NCBI GenBank assembly: GCA_039683575.1
Contig: JBDKRC010000059.1
Span: 1 to 19,811, forward strand
Source: Armatimonadia bacterium
Lineage (GTDB): Bacteria; Armatimonadota; Zipacnadia; Zipacnadales; UBA11051
Direction of reading: 5' to 3'
Length of the DNA stretch: 19,811 nt
Made by a program: the position numbers and the translations under genes. The notes beneath the pieces were generated by a model. That model ran no database searches and had not been told where the DNA came from. It saw only the letters and a program-made list of their open reading frames with translations. Below are positions 1 to 7,751 of this stretch, piece by piece (the stretch's first letter is position 1; each line of letters opens with the position of its first letter).

Positions 1-22
1 GGGTACGAGCCCCCGCCCTACA
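1..22 (-). repeat. Truncated GTAG-type REP-like hairpin (second family)
   Basis: Reverse complement reads TGTAGGGCGGGGGCTCGTACCC: GTAG followed by the start of a GC-rich palindrome cut by the window edge, just downstream of the stop at 38-40. Confidence 0.55.
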
Positions 23-37
23 GCCCAATGGCGTAGA

Positions 38-1039
38 CTATTCCTGGTCCTCAAACAGCTTCTCGAACTTAATGGCCCATGCGGCCTCGTCTATCCCGTC
101 CAGCGCGCTCTGCATCGCCTCATTGGCCTTCAGCCACGCCCGCGTGTCCAATAGGGTATTGCTGCTCAGCACCGCCTGTAGGCCCTGCAGCGCCTCTTCC
201 GCCGCCTTCACCTGCCCCGCGATAGCCTTCTGCTTTTCGGGGTCGAACTTCTTCAGGTCGGCGCTCTTCACCGTCTTGAGCGCGTCGTTCAACTGCGCCT
301 CGAGGTCAATGCTTCTCTGGGCCGCCCGGGCGCACTCGATGAGCGTGGCCCGGTCACCGCTGCCGGCCTCGCCGCCGAATATGAGCCTCCCGAACTTCGC
401 TGGCTGATGGAAACCGCCCTGGCTGGGGCTCCAGCATGACCACTCGGTGTCGCCCTCGCCATTGCGGTCGCGGCAGACGTTGAAGCCCCACGTCGCGCCC
501 GGCACGCCGTACTGCCCGAATGACTTGAAGCTGATCGCACACTCGAGATACCACGCGTCCTTGCCCACCGAGCCGGCTGCTTGCCAGTCCGCACCCCAGC
601 CGGGGTTGAACCCGATTGCGTCGTACTTCGTGCCGATGCTGTTGGCGGCAAGCTGGTAGTAATCCGTTCCCTGCAGGTCCGGCTGCAGGAAGATCTCAAG
701 GGCATCATCGCCCATTACCGAGGACAGGTCGTCCACTTTGACCTGAGCAATGATCCGCTCCGGGCTCTTCTCAAGGCAGGTGATGCCCAGATAGAGCTTG
801 CCCTCGTCATAGACCGCCTGCAGGAGGGTCTGCTGCATGTTGGGTCCGCCCTTGAGCAGCCAGAACTCCCCGCTCGCGCTGGCCTTTTGCCAGCATGCGT
901 CATTGAGCTTGCCGTCAATCACCGGCGCCTGTGCCGCTCGCTGGCACTCATACAGCCGTTTCTTGCCCAGGTCCTGCGTATGACCTGCCACAACCGTCGC
1001 CAGCAGTATTGCCACAATCAGACAGTGATGCGCTCTCAT
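38..1039 (-). CDS. Secreted CBM9-like (DOMON-type sugar-binding) protein with C-terminal helical domain
   Basis: Signal-peptide-like N-terminus (MRAHHCLIVAILLATVVAGHTQ). CBM9-like motifs APVIDGKLNDACW, YDEGKLYLGITC, DDALEIFL, WYLECAI, WGFNVCR, WSP..GGFHQPAKFGRLIF. SD GGGGAG upstream of ATG 1039. Confidence 0.8.
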   Translation of the reverse strand: MRAHHCLIVAILLATVVAGHTQDLGKKRLYECQRAAQAPVIDGKLNDACWQKASASGEFWLLKGGPNMQQTLLQAVYDEGKLYLGITCLEKSPERIIAQVKVDDLSSVMGDDALEIFLQPDLQGTDYYQLAANSIGTKYDAIGFNPGWGADWQAAGSVGKDAWYLECAISFKSFGQYGVPGATWGFNVCRDRNGEGDTEWSCWSPSQGGFHQPAKFGRLIFGGEAGSGDRATLIECARAAQRSIDLEAQLNDALKTVKSADLKKFDPEKQKAIAGQVKAAEEALQGLQAVLSSNTLLDTRAWLKANEAMQSALDGIDEAAWAIKFEKLFEDQE

Positions 1040-1056
1040 CGCGTACTCCCCTGAGA

Positions 1057-2529
1057 TCAGACTTGGTCGGCAAGCCCCAGCCGCTCATACTGCTCGGCTG
1101 GCGCGTCATTCTCCCCCATCAACCGCACCAGGTGCTCGGTCATCTTCTGCTCAGTGGCGGGGTCGGCCACCGGGCGCTCCTGCTGCGGGTCATTCTCGCA
1201 GTCAAACAGCATCGTGCCGAAGTCCGCCGCGTTTCGCCACGAGCGCCCCTCGATCTTCATCGTGCGGCAGCCCTTGGTGAACGCAAACGGCTCCTGGAGC
1301 TCGATATCCTGCAATTCGTCCATGCCGAAGGCCCTCTTCATGTGCGTGGGCATCAGCGTGTACTCATAGAGTGGCTTGTTGTCCGGCTCGGTATTGGCTC
1401 GCATGTACACATAGCGCCCGTCCGTGCAGTTCACATGGGCCCCGAACAGCCCGAACAGCCCAGCCTCGCGCACCGGCGCCTCTTCGGCCACGGTGTCCCC
1501 GAGCGGCACGCCCTGCATGTCCGGCGGGCGCTCCACCCCGAAGTACTCAAGCACCGTCGCCGGCAGGTCAATCGTCTGCACAAGGCTCTGGCGCCGCTCT
1601 CCGGCCTTCCGGCAGCGCGGGTCCCAGATGAACAGCGGCGTGTGTGCGATCTCGTTATAGAAGGGTTGGCAGCACTTGGCCCACCAGTCATGCTCGCCGA
1701 GCAGGAAGCCGTGGTCCGTGTTGACGATCAGCATCGTGTCGTCCCAGAGGCTCAACTCGTCCATGAGGTCGAGCACGCGGCCGAGGTAATGGTCGCACAT
1801 GGTGTGCAGGGCCGCACTCATGGCCCGCATGTGGCGCACATCCTCGGGCGTCTCCTGAACCTGCCGGTACGGCGGCCAGTCCCAGTGCCGCTCCTGCAGA
1901 TAGTCCCGGTATAGGTCCTGGAACCGCTCCGGGCAGAAGTACGGCTCGTGCGGGTCGAAGGTCTCGAGGTGCAGGAACCAGTTGTCCTGGCCATGGTTGG
2001 CGCGCAGGAACTCTTCGCCCCGCGCGAAAGTCTGCGGCTGTGGCTGGTCTTCCTCGCTTGGCATGTACGCCCGGTTGATCCAGTCCTGTTTGAGCAGGTC
2101 ACCAGCCCGAAGCTCGTTGTTGCGGCTATCCGGCACCTGCACGCATAGCTCGCTGCGCCACGGGTCGCCCTCCTGCCCGCGGATGATGTCCCACGACGAG
2201 TAGCGGGTATGGTAATTGCACCCGCCCTCTTCCCAGTAATGATAGTGGTCGCTGATCAGGTGCGAGCGTATGCCCTGCTCATCGAGCAGCCGGGGCATGG
2301 AATCGTCAAACGGCTCCAAAGGCCCCCAACTGCGGTGCAGGAAGTTGTAGCGCCCCGTATGTAGCTCGCGCCGGGCGGGCATGCAGGGCATGCTGCCCAC
2401 GTAGCTGCAGTCAAAGACCACGCCCCGGTTGGCGAGCCGCTCGAAGTTCGGCGTGAAGACCCAGTCGCACCCATACGGCGACAGCATCCGCCGGTTCAGC
2501 GAGTCAAACATCACCATGATGGCCTTCAT
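1057..2529 (-). CDS. Formylglycine-dependent (Cys-type, S1) sulfatase, no signal peptide
   Basis: CMPARRELHTG (CxPxR) signature; metal-site motifs FDS, DPHEP, NTDHG; FDCENDPQQ near the C-terminus. ATG 2529 preferred over TTG 2535 because AAGGAG, overlapping the upstream TAA, lies 8 nt before it. Confidence 0.92.
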   Translation of the reverse strand: MKAIMVMFDSLNRRMLSPYGCDWVFTPNFERLANRGVVFDCSYVGSMPCMPARRELHTGRYNFLHRSWGPLEPFDDSMPRLLDEQGIRSHLISDHYHYWEEGGCNYHTRYSSWDIIRGQEGDPWRSELCVQVPDSRNNELRAGDLLKQDWINRAYMPSEEDQPQPQTFARGEEFLRANHGQDNWFLHLETFDPHEPYFCPERFQDLYRDYLQERHWDWPPYRQVQETPEDVRHMRAMSAALHTMCDHYLGRVLDLMDELSLWDDTMLIVNTDHGFLLGEHDWWAKCCQPFYNEIAHTPLFIWDPRCRKAGERRQSLVQTIDLPATVLEYFGVERPPDMQGVPLGDTVAEEAPVREAGLFGLFGAHVNCTDGRYVYMRANTEPDNKPLYEYTLMPTHMKRAFGMDELQDIELQEPFAFTKGCRTMKIEGRSWRNAADFGTMLFDCENDPQQERPVADPATEQKMTEHLVRLMGENDAPAEQYERLGLADQV

Positions 2530-2541
2530 CGACAAAGCTCC

Positions 2542-5500
2542 TTAGGGAAGGCTGATGGTCGTCTCGCCCGTCTGCCCGCTGATGGCATCTCGCGCGGTGA
2601 TCTTCCACTTCCCCGGCGTGTCGTTCAGCGCAAACTGCACCTGGCCTGTCGCCTTGCCCTTCTCCGTGCGCAGGTTCTGGCCGTAGTGCTTGCGTACCTG
2701 GCCATCTGGCCCGGTCACTATCACCTGGACATACTGCGGTCCCGGCGTTTTGCTCGTGGTCTGCAGCGTCACGTTCACAGTCGCCACCGGCCCCGTCTGC
2801 TGTCCCTTGGCCTGTCCCGGCGCCTTCGTCGCCGCCACCTTCACGCCAAGTATCTCATAGGGCAGCCGCGCGAACAGCTTCGCCCGCGCCGGCGTGAAGT
2901 CGCTCTGCCAGTCTGCCACTTCACCGAGATACTGCCCAGTCCGCATGTCGTAGGTATGCATCCGCCGGCCCTTGGCATCTACGCGGGCGGTCACTGTCTG
3001 CTCGCTTCCACTCGTGCGGTACTTCAGGAAGCCCACATACTCAACCGGCCCATCTTGGAAGCGTACGGTCTCCATCTGCCGCAGTGGATCGGCAGTCGGG
3101 TCGCCAGACACCCAGTACTTCGGCCTGACACCTGCAAAGGCCAGCGCCCCGTAGATCACAGCCCACTGCGGCCGCGCCTGCGCCTCGTTGCGCACCCGGT
3201 ACGGCGCGCCAAACCCGTAGTTCAGCAGCACGGTGCGGCCCTTGCCGGTCTGTTTGGTGATGGCGAGGGGGACCTCCCCGGCCTTGCCCATCGCGTGGCC
3301 ATCCGTTACCTGCACATCCCCGTCCACATCGAGCCCCGTCAGCTCGTACGGCACACCGGCCAGCAAATCGTCCTGTACCAGCCCGCTCTGGTTCTTCAGC
3401 GGCCCCTTGCCAGCCACGCGCTTGATCCCGAACAGGTCATCAAGCATCGCCGACGCCTGGGGCTTGCCATGTTGGTCCATCACCGCCGGGCGCACGTCCG
3501 CGATCAGCACGCCGCCGTCGTTCACGTACTTGCGGAAAGCCGTCGCCTCGGCCGGCGAAATCGCCTGCGAATAGGGCAGGAAGAACGCCGGGTACTCCTT
3601 GACGTCAATCCCGTCCTTCTCGATCTGTGCATAGGCGCGGCACTTGTACTGCAGGCCCATGTCCTCGAGCGTCCCAAATAGTTGCAGCCATACCCGGTCC
3701 AGCCGCCCCCATTCGCCATTCCACGAGCTGGCATGAACCGACGGCTGCGAGTAGTGAATGCCGATGCCGTCGTGCAGCCGCTGCGCGTTCATCAGAGCCT
3801 GCCCGCTGCCGGCGCGGAGTTCCTTCATCTCGTCGGTCGCCCACTGGAACGAGGGGTAAACGGTCGTGCTCGGCGTCATCGCGTCCATCGGGCAGATGGA
3901 CTTGGTGCCATGGTAGACCGCATACCACCACATGCTGTTGAAGCCGTTGAAGATACCCTTCCACGGCCACAGGCGCTCCTCGTCCTCGGTGCGATGCTCG
4001 AAGTAGCCGCCATACCACAGCCCCAGCAGCATCCCCGGCCGCGAGAACGAGCGCAGGAACTCCCATTGCGTCGGCTGGTGGAAGTACACGTTGCAGATGT
4101 CGAACGTGCTCATGAGCTGCCACCAGTCGTTGCCCGACTCGCTGCTGGTGTCAAACGGCCCGTCAAAGCCGACCTCGGCCGCGGGATCGCCCTTGCGGAT
4201 GGCATCCTCGGCGCGGGTCATCATCCGCGCGTATACGAACTCCATGTGACGGCGGTGATCAACCCACCGCGCCGGCTGGTTGGCCTGCTTGGCATCGGCA
4301 AAAGTGATCGGCTCCGCCTCATCGATGCTCTTGTAGTCCGTGCCCCAGGAGGCGTTCAGCGCCTCCACATTGGGGTACTCGCCTTTGAGCCACTCGCGCA
4401 GGTCCGCCACGCAGGTCGGTGAGAAGCACACGTCCACGCCATTGCGGGCCAGGAAGCACTCATCGCCGAGGCTCTACGCCCGCGGGCCATACGGCCCCAA
4501 CTCCGTCCCGAGCTTCTGCAGCCCCTCCAGGTGCCCGCTCAGGAACTTCGGGTCCGTCAGGCACGGCTTGCGCACCAGTTCCTTGCCCTCATACGAATAC
4601 CGCGTCGCGTACGGGATCGTGTCGAAGTTGTTCTGCGCCAGCCATGTCTGCCCGTTAACGCTCGTCGGGGCGTTCGTATGCATGTCCACATCGCAGTTCT
4701 TGAGCTGCTGGAAGTGCAGCCGCCGCACGTGGTCGTTCCGCTGGTCCGCCGCGCTCCAGACCGCGTGGGCATAATTGCCACGGCTGCGCTTGAGGGGCAC
4801 GTAGAGCATTGTCGAGGCGTTCGCTGCATTGGCCTGCTCAAGGGGCCGCTTGCCGGGGTTCCCCTCCAGCAGATACACCGTCACCTTCGCGCTCATGGCC
4901 AGCGGGTTGATCAGTTGGAACGGTATCGAGGTCTTCTCTGCGGCGGGGACCGATTTGCGCAGGATCTCACGCCCCACGCTATCGGTCGCCGTGAGCCACA
5001 GGGCCGCGCCGGGAGGTGGGGCAGAGGAGAGGGTGACCTCGGCGGTCACTGTCTCACCGGGCTTGGCTGAGGGGCGGTCGAGTGTCACCGAAGCGATATT
5101 GGGCTCTGAGGTCACCGTGAACGCCGTTGAGCCCCAGTTGGCTGACGCGGTGCCGTTTTTCAGTATGACATCCGCAAAGTACTTCCCCGCCGGTAGCAGC
5201 GGCATCGTCACCCGCAGGGCCTCGCCAGTCACCGTCGGCGTCGCCTTCAGCATGACGACATCGTCTTCGTCACGAACCGTCACTTCCGCCTTCAGCCCTG
5301 GCGTCGGCGCTGCAATCTTCACCACAAGCGGCGTTGCCGGCAACGCCTTGCGGTCCAGCGTCTCCGCACCAAGGGTGATCTCGGAAATCCCGACCCGCGG
5401 CTCCTTCTTGGCTGCCCACAGGATGCCCTTGAGCAGCAGGGACTGATAGTACTCGTAGTGTAGGTCTCGGTATGAGGTGGTGTCCGTATCCGGCAAGACC

Positions 5501-6243
5501 GGCGTCAGGCAGCAGAATATGGGCCGGCCGGGGTAGTTGAACAGCGCCATCCGCCCGTCATGGAACTGTCGAAGCTCCACGAACTCCTCCGGCTTCATCT
5601 TATCCAGCACCGGCAGCGCCTGCCATGGCACGCCATCCAGCAGCGCCGGCGCCTGGACCGTCCCGGGCTTGGCGAACAACCGCTTGATTACAGGCACGCC
5701 ATTCACCGTCGTCGTCTCGTCCACGAGCGGCTTGGCAAACAGCCGCTCCACCAGCTTGTTGCGCCCAAACTTGTGATAGCACGAGACCAACCCCGTCCCA
5801 TCATGGACCTTCTTCATGATGGTATACAGGCTCTCACGTGGGAACATGTCCCAGTTGATCAGGCCCGTGATGATGACGTCGTAGTCCTGCTTGAGCTTCG
5901 TATTGAGCTCCTGCGTCATCTCTTCCAGCGAGACGCCCTCGGCCGGAGCGTACGGCCCGGACTTGCTGGTCCAGCCGAGTTCATCCTGTGAGAGCGTCAT
6001 GACGCACTGATAATCCAGGTCAAGCCGCTCGGCAACCTCAATCGCCTCCCGCGCCCCTCCGCGGGGCACGATGAACAGCGCACGGACCTTACCCCCGGTG
6101 TAGGGCTTGGCCCAGGCGATGTGCGGGGAGACGAAGTCCTCGGTGAGGCGGTTGAAGTCCTTCTCCATGACATAGGCTTGGGCGGCCCCAGCCACAAAGC
6201 ACAACGCAACCATCATCACGATACCGCGGCGAAGAGACATCAT
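2542..6243 (-). pseudogene. Large secreted GH42/beta-galactosidase-like multidomain protein interrupted by one in-frame TAG (4474-4476)
   Basis: ORFs 4474..6372 and 2542..4437 are in the same frame and join as GPYGPRA*SLGDECFLARNGVDVCFSPTC. SD GGGAGG precedes ATG ATG at 6243/6240, followed by a signal peptide. GH42-like segments LREWLK.EY..VEALNASWGT and RWVDHRRHM; trimerisation-like LRKYV.DGGVLIAD; Ig-like end ALNDTPGKWKITARD. Pseudogene, read error and readthrough cannot be distinguished here. Confidence 0.7.
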
Positions 6244-6253
6244 CTGACCTCCC

Positions 6254-6276
6254 ATAGGGGCGCACAGGCTGCGCCC
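6254..6276 (+). repeat. Degenerate REP-like hairpin
   Basis: ATAG followed by stem GGGCGCA-CAGGC-TGCGCCC, adjacent to the SD of the large hydrolase gene. Confidence 0.4.
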
Positions 6277-6313
6277 GCGATCATGGCCCGGAGGAGCCGA
6301 ATGCCGGCAGCCT

Positions 6314-6406
6314 CGGAGATTCTTCGCTTCGCTCAGAATGACAACCATGCCGTCGCCTGTACCATTTGTCATTCTGATGAGCGCCGTTTGCGACGAGGAA
6401 TCTCCG
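6314..6406. repeat. Inverted pair of GTCATTCTGAGCGAAGCGAAGAATCTC-type ('VILSEAKNL') palindromic repeats
   Basis: 6314-6344 CGGAGATTCTTCGCTTCGCTCAGAATGACAA is complementary at its ends to 6366-6406 TTGTCATTCTG...CGAGGAATCTCCG. The element is intergenic. Confidence 0.7.
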
Positions 6407-6444
6407 GACCGGTGGGGTCCGTCCGGCCGGTGGTAACCGTCCCT

Positions 6445-7629
6445 TCAGTCATTCAGCAGCGAATCGAACTTCAACTCCCAGATACCCTCACGATACTCGG
6501 CAATTGCCTGCGACGCCGTCTGCTCCGCCCCCAGGTCCCCGCCCTTCATCGCTTCGAGGGCCGCCACGATCTTCTCACCCAGCGGCACCAGCGTCTTGCG
6601 CCACTTCGCTGGCTCGGTGGACTTGGCGATCATCGCCTCAAGCTCCGCCCGCTCTCTTGCGGCATCGTAGGTGACAACCTGCCGGTCCCGGAAGTCCGTC
6701 TCGCGCAGTCCCTTCGTGACCTCTCTCTCCACCTTCCGCAGCTGCGCCAGTGCCTCCGCGTTCGTCTTGAGGTGGAAGTCCCAGAACGCCAACCGTACCT
6801 TCCGTACCTCGGGCTTGACCGACAGCAGCGTCGTCACCGGGTAGTTGGTGACATTCAGCCTGGCGGTAGTTACCTGCTCGGGCAAGAACAGCAGCCCGCA
6901 CGGCCCCATGCTATCCTTCTCTTTAGCGAAATCGAAGACGGTGTCCTGGTACAGCAGCCAATAGTCCCTGGCGCCGTCCAGCGTCGCCTGATTGCCCTGC
7001 TCGGTCGTAGTCACCGGCCCTACCACCTCCCGCCACCCGTTGCGCTTGTTCCAGCTTGTGAAGAAGCTCGGGAAGCAGTTCAGGGCCAATTCGAGCTTCT
7101 TGATCTCTTCCTTCGGTTGCAGCGCCAGTTCACACAGCAGGTAATCCTTCTCCGGCAGCAGCATGAACCGCAGCCGCACCTGCCCCTCCGGCGGCGTCCA
7201 CAGCATCTCCACCACGCCTCGCTCGTCGCGCTCCACGATGCGCAGCGTGCTCGGCCGCACGTTCCCGAGGCTTTTGCCGTTGATCAGCACGTTCAGGAAC
7301 CCGCCGCCATACCAGTTCATGCCAGCGGGGCTTGGCATCCCAAGATAGCCCTCGGGTGACGGTTTGGTGCCAGGGCCATTGGTCTCCCAGTAGGCATGGT
7401 AGCTCAGCCCGTAGCGGATGAGTCCGTTTGTAAGCGTGAAAATATGCTGATTGTACTGGTAGCCTTCGGGGGTGGAAGCGGTGGCGGAGGGGTCTTTGCG
7501 GTCCTCGGAGACCTGCACCTGTGCCGGTGCGGACCCGAGCAATGCCAGGAGTGCCAGGCTGCAGACCACCGGTCTGCTGACCATAGGTCTGAAGATGAGG
7601 GGACTGCTGACGACGAACTTGCCGTTCAT
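6445..7629 (-). CDS. Secreted hypothetical protein (beta-rich N-terminal domain, helical C-terminal domain)
   Basis: 394-aa ORF with SD GGGAGG before ATG 7629 (alternative ATG 7584) and signal-like VVCSLALLALLGSAPAQ. No family recognised. Confidence 0.75.
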   Translation of the reverse strand: MNGKFVVSSPLIFRPMVSRPVVCSLALLALLGSAPAQVQVSEDRKDPSATASTPEGYQYNQHIFTLTNGLIRYGLSYHAYWETNGPGTKPSPEGYLGMPSPAGMNWYGGGFLNVLINGKSLGNVRPSTLRIVERDERGVVEMLWTPPEGQVRLRFMLLPEKDYLLCELALQPKEEIKKLELALNCFPSFFTSWNKRNGWREVVGPVTTTEQGNQATLDGARDYWLLYQDTVFDFAKEKDSMGPCGLLFLPEQVTTARLNVTNYPVTTLLSVKPEVRKVRLAFWDFHLKTNAEALAQLRKVEREVTKGLRETDFRDRQVVTYDAARERAELEAMIAKSTEPAKWRKTLVPLGEKIVAALEAMKGGDLGAEQTASQAIAEYREGIWELKFDSLLND

Positions 7630-7658
7630 GTCATCCTCCCAGATTTGAGGGCGTGAAA

Positions 7659-7685
7659 CTTCCCCGTCGCGCGTGTGTTTCCTTT
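7659..7685 (-). promoter_or_regulatory. Sigma-H-like promoter for the leftward unit
   Basis: Minus strand AAAGGAAAC-ACACGCGCGAC-GGGGAAG (AGGA-N17-GAA), about 30 nt before ATG 7629. Spacing fits the B. subtilis sigma-H consensus RNAGGAWWW-N11/12-RNNGAAT. Confidence 0.45.
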
Positions 7686-7691
7686 GTCGCC

Positions 7692-7719
7692 AAGGAATTC
7701 GTCTCGTGCACGTCGAAAT
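7692..7719 (+). promoter_or_regulatory. Sigma-H-like promoter for the DUF4838 gene
   Basis: AAGGAATT-CGTCTCGTGCAC-GTCGAAAT (AGGA-N18-GAA) upstream of SD GAGGAGG (7734-7740) and ATG 7752. Confidence 0.55.
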
Positions 7720-7751
7720 CCGCGGCTCAGCTCGAGGAGGTCCTACCTGCC

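Noticed and set aside
17-35. CCTAC-N6/7-ATGGCGTA shared with 10504-10523
   Set aside because: It is only an 8-mer in two cases beside different REP families and absent at other copies, so it may be chance.
2542-4437. Independent 631-aa gene starting at GTG 4437
   Set aside because: It has no SD or signal peptide, starts mid-domain, and is in frame with the upstream ORF.
4474-4476. Genome-wide TAG reassignment
   Set aside because: TAG ends nine other genes here, including proC and yggT at their expected C-termini.
6244-6372. N-terminal extension MTNGTGDGMVVILSEAKNL of the hydrolase
   Set aside because: It is a translation of intergenic repeats; the SD and signal peptide point to 6243/6240.
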